From Patescibacteria group bacterium (GTDB taxonomy: Bacteria; Patescibacteriota; Minisyncoccia; Minisyncoccales; PWPS01), in the NCBI GenBank assembly GCA_051745165.1, contig JBNJDU010000001.1, positions 2,378-66,377 of the forward strand: a stretch of 64,000 nucleotides of DNA. Direction: 5' to 3'. The translations under genes and the position numbers were made by a program. Under the pieces are notes generated by a model. The model was not told where the DNA came from. It was given only the letters and a program-made list of their open reading frames with translations, and did not search any database. Shown in pieces: positions 25,369 through 33,335 of this stretch. Positions within the stretch are counted from its first letter, which is position 1; every line of letters starts with the position of its first letter.

Positions 25369-26373
25369 ATGAAAGTTTACAAATCTGAAAAAATTGAAGA
25401 TATAGTTAATCAAATTGACGAAAATAAACTAAAAGGAAAGGTTGGAATAAAGGTTCATTTTGGAGAAAAAGGGAATGAAACTTATCTTGATCCTAAAATT
25501 GTAGAAGCCGTTTATGATAAAGTTGTTGATTTAGGCTATGAAGCAGCTTTGTTAGAGTGTAATGTTTTATATAAAGGATCAAGAACTAATAAATCTGACC
25601 ATATTGAAACGGCTAAAGAGCATGGATTTGATTTTGCACCTATAGATATTTTAGATGGAGAAAAAGGAGATGATGATATAGAATTACCAGTGGAAGATGG
25701 AAAAGTTAATACAGCAAAAGTAGGGGAGGGACTAAAAAAATATGACTCTCTTATCGTCTTGTCTCATTTCAAGGGGCATGCAGCTTCTGGATTTGGGGCT
25801 GCATTTAAAAATTTAGGAATGGGGCTTGGATCAAGAGCGGGAAAGCTTCATATGCATTCTGATGTTAGTCCATCAATCGATAAAGGTAAATGTACTAAAT
25901 GTGGAGTATGTATAGAGAATTGTGATGTAGATGCGATTAGAATGACTTCAGAGTCGGCTGAAATTGATTCAGAGAAATGTATTGGGTGTGCAATGTGTAT
26001 TGCAGTTTGTGAATTTGGAGCGGTTAGCGTTCCTTGGGGTGGTTCAACTAATAAAGAACTTCAAGAAAAAATAGTTGATTATTCCCACGCAATTATTGAT
26101 TATTTTGATGAAAATTTAGTTTATATAAATGTTTTGAAAAATATAACTAAAGATTGTGATTGTGTAGGTAGAAAAATGGACCCAATTATGGATGATGTTG
26201 GTATGCTTTTATCTAATGATCCGGTAGCAATTGATAAGGCATCTCTTGATTTAGTAAATAAAAAATCTGGAGATGAATTTAACAAAATAAATTCTACTGA
26301 TAATGATCATAAAATTGATTATGCGCATAAGAAAAAGCTAGGAAATAAAAATTACCAAATTAAGAATTTGTAA
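25369..26373 (+). CDS. DUF362-type protein with an inserted 2x[4Fe-4S] ferredoxin domain
   Basis: CTKCGVCIENCDVDAI and CIGCAMCIAVCEFGAV, with a VGIKVHFGEKGN N-terminus. Confidence 0.65.
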   Translation: MKVYKSEKIEDIVNQIDENKLKGKVGIKVHFGEKGNETYLDPKIVEAVYDKVVDLGYEAALLECNVLYKGSRTNKSDHIETAKEHGFDFAPIDILDGEKGDDDIELPVEDGKVNTAKVGEGLKKYDSLIVLSHFKGHAASGFGAAFKNLGMGLGSRAGKLHMHSDVSPSIDKGKCTKCGVCIENCDVDAIRMTSESAEIDSEKCIGCAMCIAVCEFGAVSVPWGGSTNKELQEKIVDYSHAIIDYFDENLVYINVLKNITKDCDCVGRKMDPIMDDVGMLLSNDPVAIDKASLDLVNKKSGDEFNKINSTDNDHKIDYAHKKKLGNKNYQIKNL

Positions 26374-26374
26374 T

Positions 26375-26980
26375 ATGAAAAAAATAAAAGAACTACCTAA
26401 TCCTAAAATAAAAGACAGCCTCTCTATCGAGAAAGCAATAAATAACAGAAGGACAAAACGTGATTTTGAAAAAAGCATGATTGATTTAAATCAATTATCT
26501 CAGCTTTTATGGGCTGGGCAAGGTATTACTGACCCTGGAAAAACAAAAAGAGCTGCTCCTTCTGCAGGTGCTAGTTATCCTTTTACACTTTATGTTCTAG
26601 TAAATGATGTTGAAGATTTAGACTCGGGAATTTATAAATATATTCCTCAGGATCATAAAATTAAATTAACTCAAGAAGGTAATTTTACAAAAGAACTTAA
26701 AAAAACAGCCTTTGATCAAAGTTTTATTAGTAATGCTGCGGTAAATATTGTTCTTGTGGCAGAATATGAAAAAGTTACTGATTCTTATGAGGATAGAGGA
26801 ATTCGTTACACGCATATGGAGGCAGGGCATATTGCTCAAAACATCTGTCTTCAAACTCAGTCTTTATCCTTGGATTCAGTTCTAGTAGGTTCTTTTAATG
26901 ATGAAGAGTTAACAAAACTTCTAAACTTAAGTAAAAATAAAAAACCAGTTTACGTTTTATCAATTGGTAACGCTAAATAA
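26375..26980 (+). CDS. nitroreductase-fold (SagB/ThcOx-type) oxidoreductase
   Basis: IEKAINNRRTKRDF, RAAPSAGASYP and GHIAQNICLQ. Confidence 0.65.
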   Translation: MKKIKELPNPKIKDSLSIEKAINNRRTKRDFEKSMIDLNQLSQLLWAGQGITDPGKTKRAAPSAGASYPFTLYVLVNDVEDLDSGIYKYIPQDHKIKLTQEGNFTKELKKTAFDQSFISNAAVNIVLVAEYEKVTDSYEDRGIRYTHMEAGHIAQNICLQTQSLSLDSVLVGSFNDEELTKLLNLSKNKKPVYVLSIGNAK

Positions 26981-26981
26981 T

Positions 26982-27185
26982 ATGGACAATATTGAAGAAG
27001 AGCTAAAAAAGCAGGGAGAAAAAATTGAAGAGATTCAAAAAAACATTAAGACTATTAAGAGGTTTTATTTAGTCTCTTTTATAATTAAAATAATTATAAT
27101 TGCAATTCCTATTATTGGATTATTAATTTCAATTCCATATATAATGGAACTTTATGAAGAGATTTTAGGGGCTATAACAGTTTAG
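26982..27185 (+). CDS. hypothetical small membrane protein (67 aa)
   Basis: ATG 26982 is preferred to the track's TTG at 26964. Charged helix followed by one TM segment. Confidence 0.4.
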   Translation: MDNIEEELKKQGEKIEEIQKNIKTIKRFYLVSFIIKIIIIAIPIIGLLISIPYIMELYEEILGAITV

Positions 27186-27241
27186 TTTGATTTAGTAAGA
27201 GGCGTTGTTATAATTTTTTAATAAATTAATTATTTAATCAC

Positions 27242-29437
27242 ATGCCGAAAGAGAAGACTGGGTCGAATCAATTTAATGCTTTCAAAGGAGTGTTTGTTCC
27301 TACTTTTCTTAGCATAGTAGGTGTGATTCTATTTTTGCGTTTAGGATATATTGTTGGTGGAGCTGGACTTTTGGGATCGGTGCTTATAATCCTTCTTTCT
27401 GTTTCCGTAACGCTTTCAACTGGATTGTCATTAAGCTCAATAGCAAGTAATGTACGGATTGGAGCGGGTGGAGCTTATTCAATAATTAATAAAACATTAG
27501 GGTTAGAAATAGGAGGATCTATAGGAATTCCGCTTTACTTGGCGCAAGCTTTTTCGGTTGCTGTTTATATCTTTGGTTTTGCTGAGACTTGGCAGCTTGT
27601 TTTTCCGGAATATGAAATTAGAATTGTTGCTCTAGTTGCTTTTGCACTCTTATTTTTACTAACATTCGTTAGCACGAAACTGGCAGTAAAAGTTCAAACA
27701 TATGTTGCCGGGATAATTGTTTTGGCTTTAGCTTTAATTTATGCTGGTGGCAGCTTCAGTGGAGATTTTGTGAAAGTTTCTTTTCAGGTTGCTGAGCGGT
27801 TAGATTTTTGGACTCTTTTTGCAATTTTCTTTCCAGCCGTTACTGGGCTTATGGCTGGAATCGGAATGTCGGGTGAGTTGTCTGATCCCAAGCGACAAAT
27901 TCCAAAAGGTATTTTGTGGGGGTTAGGAGTTAGCACGGTAATTTATTTATCAATGGCAGTTTTACTTGCTTTTAACTTTTCTCCTGAGGAATTAATGACA
28001 AATACTTTTGCTTTAGTGGATGCTTCGCTTTTCCCACAATTAGTTATTGGAGGCATTTTAGCGGCCACACTTTCTAGTGCTTTAACAGTGATGATTGCAG
28101 CTCCGCGAGTTATGGAAGCTTTAGCTCAAAGTGGTGTGCTTCCTGGGAGTAAGTTTTTAGCTTCGAAAGAAGATGAAGAGGAGCCTAGAAATGCAGTAAT
28201 ATTAACTGGAATTATTTTATTACCGCTTATATTAGGTGGTTCCTTAGACTCAGTTGCTCAAGTTTTGACGATGTTCTTCTTAATCACTTACGTGACTATA
28301 AACCTTTCAGTTTTTCTAGAACAATTTTTAGGACTTAGAAGCTTTAGACCGATATTTAAAGTACCAATGATAGTTCCAATGTACGGAGCTCTAGCTTCAT
28401 TGGTAATAATGTTTTTAATAAATGTGTGGGCGAGTATTGTTGCTATTGTTTTTATTTTCTTTATTTATGGTCTTTTAGCAAATAAATCTCTACCTCAACA
28501 AAAAGGTGATGTAAGATCTGGTGTTTTTAGAGCATTTTCTGAATGGGCGGCAGAAAAAACAAGACATCTTCCAGAATCATCACTTCATATCTGGAAGCCG
28601 AATATGGTTATTCCAGTTTTATCAACGAGAACAATAATTGGAAACTTCCCCCTTATAAAATCAATTGCATATCCTAATGGAAGAATGACAGTTTTAGGTT
28701 TTAAATTAAGTAAAAACTTAAAAGATAATCCAGAAGAAAAAGATATTACGGAAGAAGAGCTTTCTAGAGAAATTAAACAACTACCTGAATTAGTTGAAAA
28801 ATTCAATGGTGAAAAGATATTTACTTCATATTCAACAATTCAGGCAAATGATTATATTAATTCTTTAATTGTTTCGATAGAGGCAATTCAAAGCCAAGTT
28901 TTTGCTCCAAATGTATTATTTTTACCTTATAAACCAAGTAAATTAAGACCTTCTGATTTGCAAAAAATTATAAATTCATCAGTTAGAAACCAATATGGTT
29001 TAGCTCTTTTTGATCGAGACGAAGATATTGGATTAGGAACAGAAGAAGATATTCATGTTTGGATAACTTCAAGAGTTTTAAAAGAAGATATGTTTACCAC
29101 TAGACATTATGACTTAGCAATGCTTACCGCTTATAGTATAGAGCAGAATTGGGATGGTAAAGTGACATTATGGATGTGTGTTGATCAAGAAGATGATAAA
29201 AAATTAGCTGAAAAATATTTACACAAGTTAATATATGAAGCAAGACTCCCACATAATACTAAAGTAAATGTTGTTACTGGAGATTTTCACAACACTTTAA
29301 AAAATGCGCCACAAGGCGATATTCATATATTTCCTTTTGAAGAGCACGATATAGATTCTATATATAAAATTGCGGAGATGGAAAGAAAGTCTAACTTATT
29401 CATTCTAGACTCAAGAAAGGAAAGTATATTAGCTTAA
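27242..29437 (+). CDS. APC-superfamily transporter of the SLC12/cation-chloride-cotransporter type
   Basis: FKGVFVPTFLSIVGVILFLRLGYIVGGAGL is CCC-like. 12 TM helices plus a large cytoplasmic C-terminal domain. Confidence 0.7.
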   Translation: MPKEKTGSNQFNAFKGVFVPTFLSIVGVILFLRLGYIVGGAGLLGSVLIILLSVSVTLSTGLSLSSIASNVRIGAGGAYSIINKTLGLEIGGSIGIPLYLAQAFSVAVYIFGFAETWQLVFPEYEIRIVALVAFALLFLLTFVSTKLAVKVQTYVAGIIVLALALIYAGGSFSGDFVKVSFQVAERLDFWTLFAIFFPAVTGLMAGIGMSGELSDPKRQIPKGILWGLGVSTVIYLSMAVLLAFNFSPEELMTNTFALVDASLFPQLVIGGILAATLSSALTVMIAAPRVMEALAQSGVLPGSKFLASKEDEEEPRNAVILTGIILLPLILGGSLDSVAQVLTMFFLITYVTINLSVFLEQFLGLRSFRPIFKVPMIVPMYGALASLVIMFLINVWASIVAIVFIFFIYGLLANKSLPQQKGDVRSGVFRAFSEWAAEKTRHLPESSLHIWKPNMVIPVLSTRTIIGNFPLIKSIAYPNGRMTVLGFKLSKNLKDNPEEKDITEEELSREIKQLPELVEKFNGEKIFTSYSTIQANDYINSLIVSIEAIQSQVFAPNVLFLPYKPSKLRPSDLQKIINSSVRNQYGLALFDRDEDIGLGTEEDIHVWITSRVLKEDMFTTRHYDLAMLTAYSIEQNWDGKVTLWMCVDQEDDKKLAEKYLHKLIYEARLPHNTKVNVVTGDFHNTLKNAPQGDIHIFPFEEHDIDSIYKIAEMERKSNLFILDSRKESILA

Positions 29438-29886
29438 TCAGTAGCTACATTTTTACAAACCTCTTTAAGAATAGCATCTTCCAATTTTTCATTAATAGTA
29501 GTTGATAAATTACTTACTTCTGATTTAAAATCTCCCTCTATTGAGTTTGTTTTTTCAAACAAGCTCTTTTTAATATTTTCATAAGAATTAGCACTTTTTT
29601 CTTTTAAAAAATTTTTCTTACCTTCTAAACCTTCTTCTAGGTCTTCAATTGGTAAAATATCGTCTATATCTTCTTCTTTGTTAGAGGCACTATAATTATT
29701 TGTTGAAGTTTTTTCATCTCTTAAACTTATATTGTTGTCTTTGTTTTTCCTTTCTCCACTTATTGGAGTAGAGGAGGATAATTGTGCTAAAATATTTTTT
29801 CTTTCAGTAGAATCTAAACCTCCAATATAAACCAACAATAAAGCAAGTCCACAAATTGTTATAGTTATTATTATTTCTTTTTTCAT
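29434..29886 (-). CDS. membrane-anchored hypothetical protein
   Basis: 150-aa ORF with an N-terminal TM helix and a polar, low-complexity remainder. Confidence 0.45.
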   Translation of the reverse strand: MKKEIIITITICGLALLLVYIGGLDSTERKNILAQLSSSTPISGERKNKDNNISLRDEKTSTNNYSASNKEEDIDDILPIEDLEEGLEGKKNFLKEKSANSYENIKKSLFEKTNSIEGDFKSEVSNLSTTINEKLEDAILKEVCKNVATD

Positions 29887-29944
29887 AAAATTTATTTTTC
29901 TATTTTTAAAATTATAGTAGAAAAGGAGATAAAATTAAACTTAC

Positions 29945-29972
29945 TTGATATTATAGTTATTTGTGGTATAAA
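29945..29972 (+). promoter_or_regulatory. promoter TTGATA-16-TATAAA with TGg extended -10
   Basis: Read directly. Confidence 0.55.
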
Positions 29973-30001
29973 TAATACAGATATAGGAGGTGTTTTAATT
30001 A

Positions 30002-30526
30002 GTGAAGAAAATAGTATTTATTTTAGTATTGTTTCTGATTGTATTTAGTTCCTTTTCTCAGGCCGAAAGTAATTTTGAAAAGTGGCAACTAGGAATAGAA
30101 GAGACTGTTAGGGAAGTAGATGTAATCTATGGAGAGAGATTAGAGAGAGCTGCCGCAGAACATGACCATGTGGAAAAGATTGATCTCTGGGCAAAGGTAG
30201 TTGTGGAATCGAATGGAAATAAGTTAGCAGTTTCTGAAACTTCTGTAAAAGGATTGACGATGTTAACTTTAGATGTTGTGGAATTAGTTAGAAGAGAGAC
30301 TGGAATTGTGATTGATAGGTTGCATCCGTTTGAAGCCATTTGGGGAGCAGGTTGGTACTTGAATTACTTGATAGAGAAATATGACTTTACTATAGATCAG
30401 GCGCATGGAGCGTATTATCTTGGACCTACCGGTTTGAAAAACAAATTAAAAGATCATGGCATAGAAGATCTTTATCACGTTCAAAAGATCAATTATGTAA
30501 AGGAGATTATAAAAAATAATTACTAA
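30002..30526 (+). CDS. secreted lytic transglycosylase (SLT-domain) protein
   Basis: GTG start after TAGGAGGTG. Signal peptide MKKIVFILVLFLIVFSSFSQA. The SLT catalytic region VVESNGNKLAVSETSVKGLTMLT fits the ES...S..GA.GLMQ pattern. Confidence 0.65.
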   Translation: MKKIVFILVLFLIVFSSFSQAESNFEKWQLGIEETVREVDVIYGERLERAAAEHDHVEKIDLWAKVVVESNGNKLAVSETSVKGLTMLTLDVVELVRRETGIVIDRLHPFEAIWGAGWYLNYLIEKYDFTIDQAHGAYYLGPTGLKNKLKDHGIEDLYHVQKINYVKEIIKNNY

Positions 30527-30530
30527 ACTA

Positions 30531-30558
30531 AGCCCTCGCAAAATGCGGGGCTTTTATT
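30531..30558 (+). terminator. intrinsic terminator
   Basis: AGCCCtCGC-aaaat-GCGGGGCT followed by a T-run. Confidence 0.65.
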
Positions 30559-30595
30559 TTACTAAGAATTTGAAAAGTTATAGAATTATAATAAT

Positions 30596-31270
30596 ATGCT
30601 AGACCAATTAATTGATTTAATATTTGTTTTTGGGTTGCTGTTTTTTGTAAGTTATTATACTGCTTATTTTTGGAGGAAAATTTTTCAAGGTAGAAAGTAT
30701 TCTGTAATAGTTTTTCCGGGTGTAATTATTCATGAACTATCTCATATTATCGCTTGTATTATAACTTTTGCAAAAATAAAAGAAGTAAAATTATTTTCAT
30801 TTCAAGGTGGCTTTGTTCGACACAAAAAACCCAAGCTACCCATTATTGGAACTCCTATAATTTCATTTTTTCCAGTTATAGGAGGAACAGCAGCTTTATT
30901 TTTAATCTATTGGATTTATGGAATTGAGTTATCATCTTTTAGTGTAAATAGAAATTTTATTCAAGGATTTAAAAATCTACTAGTTAATAATTGGAATAAT
31001 TTATATTTTTGGATCTTAATTTATTTATCGATTAGTATAATAATATCCATATGCCCCTCCAAAAAAGACTTTAAAAATTCTATTTATAGTTTATTAATTC
31101 TATTTATTGGATTATTATTTTTAAGTGAATTAGGGATAATTACCAGCATTCCATTTATTCAAGAATTAAGAAATGTTATTTATTTTAGCAGTTTAATTGG
31201 TTGTATTGTCATGATTTTGAGCGGAGCTGCTTATTTAATAAAACTTTTTGTAGTAAAACTTGTAAATTGA
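30596..31270 (+). CDS. polytopic membrane protein with an HELSH motif (putative intramembrane zincin)
   Basis: VIIHELSHIIACI lies at the edge of a TM helix. About 6 TM helices. Confidence 0.5.
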   Translation: MLDQLIDLIFVFGLLFFVSYYTAYFWRKIFQGRKYSVIVFPGVIIHELSHIIACIITFAKIKEVKLFSFQGGFVRHKKPKLPIIGTPIISFFPVIGGTAALFLIYWIYGIELSSFSVNRNFIQGFKNLLVNNWNNLYFWILIYLSISIIISICPSKKDFKNSIYSLLILFIGLLFLSELGIITSIPFIQELRNVIYFSSLIGCIVMILSGAAYLIKLFVVKLVN

Positions 31271-31294
31271 AAAAAGTTATTAATAATGTATAAT
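31267..31294 (+). promoter_or_regulatory. promoter TTGAAA-16-TATAAT preceded by TG
   Basis: Read directly. It overlaps the upstream stop codon. Confidence 0.55.
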
Positions 31295-31314
31295 TTATTA
31301 AGGAGGGGATCATT

Positions 31315-31401
31315 ATGAGGAGTAAAAGAGCCTCTTTTTTTAAAAGGCTAGCAAAAGCAATTTTTGATGGTCTTACTAATATAGGAGTTATTTATAGATA
31401 A
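31315..31401 (+). CDS. 28-aa basic amphipathic peptide (unlisted mini-gene)
   Basis: AAGGAGGGG SD lies 6 nt before the ATG. Sequence MRSKRASFFKRLAKAIFDGLTNIGVIYR. It has its own promoter and terminator. Confidence 0.45.
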   Translation: MRSKRASFFKRLAKAIFDGLTNIGVIYR

Positions 31402-31409
31402 GTTTTATA

Positions 31410-31431
31410 GGGAGATGAAAATCTCCCTTTT
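31410..31431 (+). terminator. intrinsic terminator
   Basis: GGGAGAT-gaaa-ATCTCCC followed by TTTT. Confidence 0.7.
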
Positions 31432-31442
31432 ATATTAACAAT

Positions 31443-31829
31443 ATGAAAAAAATTAAAATTTCCACAAATAAAAAATATGAGCTTGTTAATATAACTAATA
31501 AAATTAAAGAAAAGATTAGTTCTGATAATAGTGGAATTGTTACCATTTTTACACCTCATTCCACTGCAGGAATTTTAATTACTGAAGACGAAAAAAATCT
31601 TAAGGAAGATTGGATAAATTATTTTAAGCAGACTCTAAATGGTAGAAATTTTTTACATGACAGAATTGATAACAATGCAAAGTCTCACCTTTTATCTGGT
31701 TTAATTGGACAAGAAAAAACTTTTATTATAGATAATGGATTAATTAGAGGTATGTGGCAACAAATATTTTTAGCTGAATTTGATGGACCAAGAACTAGAG
31801 AGGTATTAATTCAAGTTATAAAACAATGA
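31443..31829 (+). CDS. YjbQ/UPF0047-family protein
   Basis: VTIFTPHSTAGILITEDE, HLLSGLIG and QQIFLAEFDGPRTREV. Confidence 0.75.
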   Translation: MKKIKISTNKKYELVNITNKIKEKISSDNSGIVTIFTPHSTAGILITEDEKNLKEDWINYFKQTLNGRNFLHDRIDNNAKSHLLSGLIGQEKTFIIDNGLIRGMWQQIFLAEFDGPRTREVLIQVIKQ

Positions 31830-32218
31830 TTAATCATATAATTTTTGATTGGCAAGGAGTTATACAGCAAACAGATGGAATAAATAATGAGCTTTTGGAT
31901 TGGATTAAAAATAATAAAAGTAAATACAGTTTTTCTATTTTAACTAATTGTCCTGGTAACTTTAATAAAAAGCTAAGCAAATTAAAAATTGATCATCTTT
32001 TTGAAGCAGTTGTTAATCCCAGTAATGAATTTATAAGAAAACCACAACCAAAAGCATATAAAAGAATTCTAGAAGAAGTTAATAAAAAACCCAATGAATG
32101 TCTTTTTATAGATGATAGCGTTACCAATGTGCAGGTGGCAAATGAACTAGAGATTAATGGCATCGTTTATACTGACAATTTAAATCTCTTTAAAGAATTT
32201 AAAGAATTAAATATATGA
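31826..32218 (+). CDS. small capless HAD-superfamily hydrolase-like protein
   Basis: Motif I IIFDWQGV (DxQ instead of DxD), motif II ILTNC, motif III RKPQPKAY and motif IV FIDDS. Confidence 0.55.
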   Translation: MINHIIFDWQGVIQQTDGINNELLDWIKNNKSKYSFSILTNCPGNFNKKLSKLKIDHLFEAVVNPSNEFIRKPQPKAYKRILEEVNKKPNECLFIDDSVTNVQVANELEINGIVYTDNLNLFKEFKELNI

Positions 32219-32589
32219 ATGGAGATATATTAGCAAAAATTATCGGTTTATCTTTTTTCACAATTTCTTTTGTATTTTTATATAACAAAAAAGCTTTAAA
32301 GGCGCTGGTGCGTCTTTTTATGTCCAGAGAATTTCTAGTAATGACGGGTTCTCTATTTACTGTAATTGGAATTATAATTATTTCAATACATAATGTCTGG
32401 GAATTATCATGGCGGGGAGTGGTTACTTTAACCGGTTGGATGTTTTTAGTTGAGGGGCTGTTTAGATTGTTTTTTATGGATTTAACAATAAAAATAATGA
32501 AAGAGTTAAAGTCTTTTACGCCTATTAAGCTCTCTTTAATGTTTACACTATCTGTTGGAGCTTATTTGATCTTAGTTAGCTTTCTTTAA
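32215..32589 (+). CDS. hypothetical 4-TM membrane protein
   Basis: 124-aa hydrophobic ORF coupled to its neighbours. Confidence 0.45.
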   Translation: MNGDILAKIIGLSFFTISFVFLYNKKALKALVRLFMSREFLVMTGSLFTVIGIIIISIHNVWELSWRGVVTLTGWMFLVEGLFRLFFMDLTIKIMKELKSFTPIKLSLMFTLSVGAYLILVSFL

Positions 32590-32609
32590 TCACTATAAAA
32601 TTAGTTTCC

Positions 32610-33335
32610 ATGCTTGAAATAAAAAAATTAACTAAAAAATTTGGTAACTTTACTGCAGTGGAGGATGTAAACCTTGAGGTCAAAGAAGGAGAGTTCTTCT
32701 CTATTATTGGTCCAAATGGATCTGGAAAGACAACGATTATTAAAAATATATTAGGATTATTGCACCCTACAAGGGGGGATGTCTTAGTTGGTAATGAAAG
32801 TGTTAATAAAAATCCTCAATTAACTAAAAGGAAGATAGGATATATTCCTGATGAGCCTAAAATTTGGAGCCATATAACCGGAGAAGAGTTTTTATATTTT
32901 TCTGGAAGCTTATATGGTATGAGTAAGAAGGAAATTCAAGAAAAAGTGCCGAAACTTTTAAATTATTTTAATTTGAAATCTATTGAAAAAAAGTATTTTG
33001 AAAATTATTCTCGAGGTAACAAACAAAAATTTTCAATATTATCAGCTTTACTTCATGAACCTGATTTAATTTTAGTTGATGAGCCTATTGTTGGTTTAGA
33101 TCCAGAATCAGCAGAGATAGCAATGAAGCTTTTAAGTGATTTTGCCAGTGAAGGAGGATCTATATTTATGGCTACTCATACTCTTCCAGTTGCTCAAGAA
33201 TATTCTTCTAGAGTAGGGGTTTTACATAAAGGAAAATTAGTTGAAACCGGTTCTGTTGATGAGTTAAGAAAGAAAATGAATAACGAGAAGGCTTCGCTTC
33301 TAGAAATATATCATTATTTTAGTAAAAATGATTAA
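32610..33335 (+). CDS. ABC transporter ATP-binding protein
   Basis: Walker A GPNGSGKTT, signature-like YSRGNKQKF and Walker B LILVDEP. Confidence 0.85.
   Translation: MLEIKKLTKKFGNFTAVEDVNLEVKEGEFFSIIGPNGSGKTTIIKNILGLLHPTRGDVLVGNESVNKNPQLTKRKIGYIPDEPKIWSHITGEEFLYFSGSLYGMSKKEIQEKVPKLLNYFNLKSIEKKYFENYSRGNKQKFSILSALLHEPDLILVDEPIVGLDPESAEIAMKLLSDFASEGGSIFMATHTLPVAQEYSSRVGVLHKGKLVETGSVDELRKKMNNEKASLLEIYHYFSKND

Noticed and set aside
26319-26330. Perfect 12-bp palindrome TTATGCGCATAA resembling a Xer-arm sequence
   Set aside because: It lies inside the DUF362 coding sequence (IDYAHKK). It lacks the 11-6-11 architecture and has no partner site, so it is most likely coincidental.
26375-27185. SagB-type dehydrogenase plus a downstream small ORF as a TOMM/RiPP precursor pair
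   Set aside because: The 67-aa product is a charged helix plus a TM segment with no Cys/Ser/Thr-rich core. No cyclodehydratase (YcaO or C/D proteins) is nearby. Stand-alone nitroreductase-fold proteins of this type are common.
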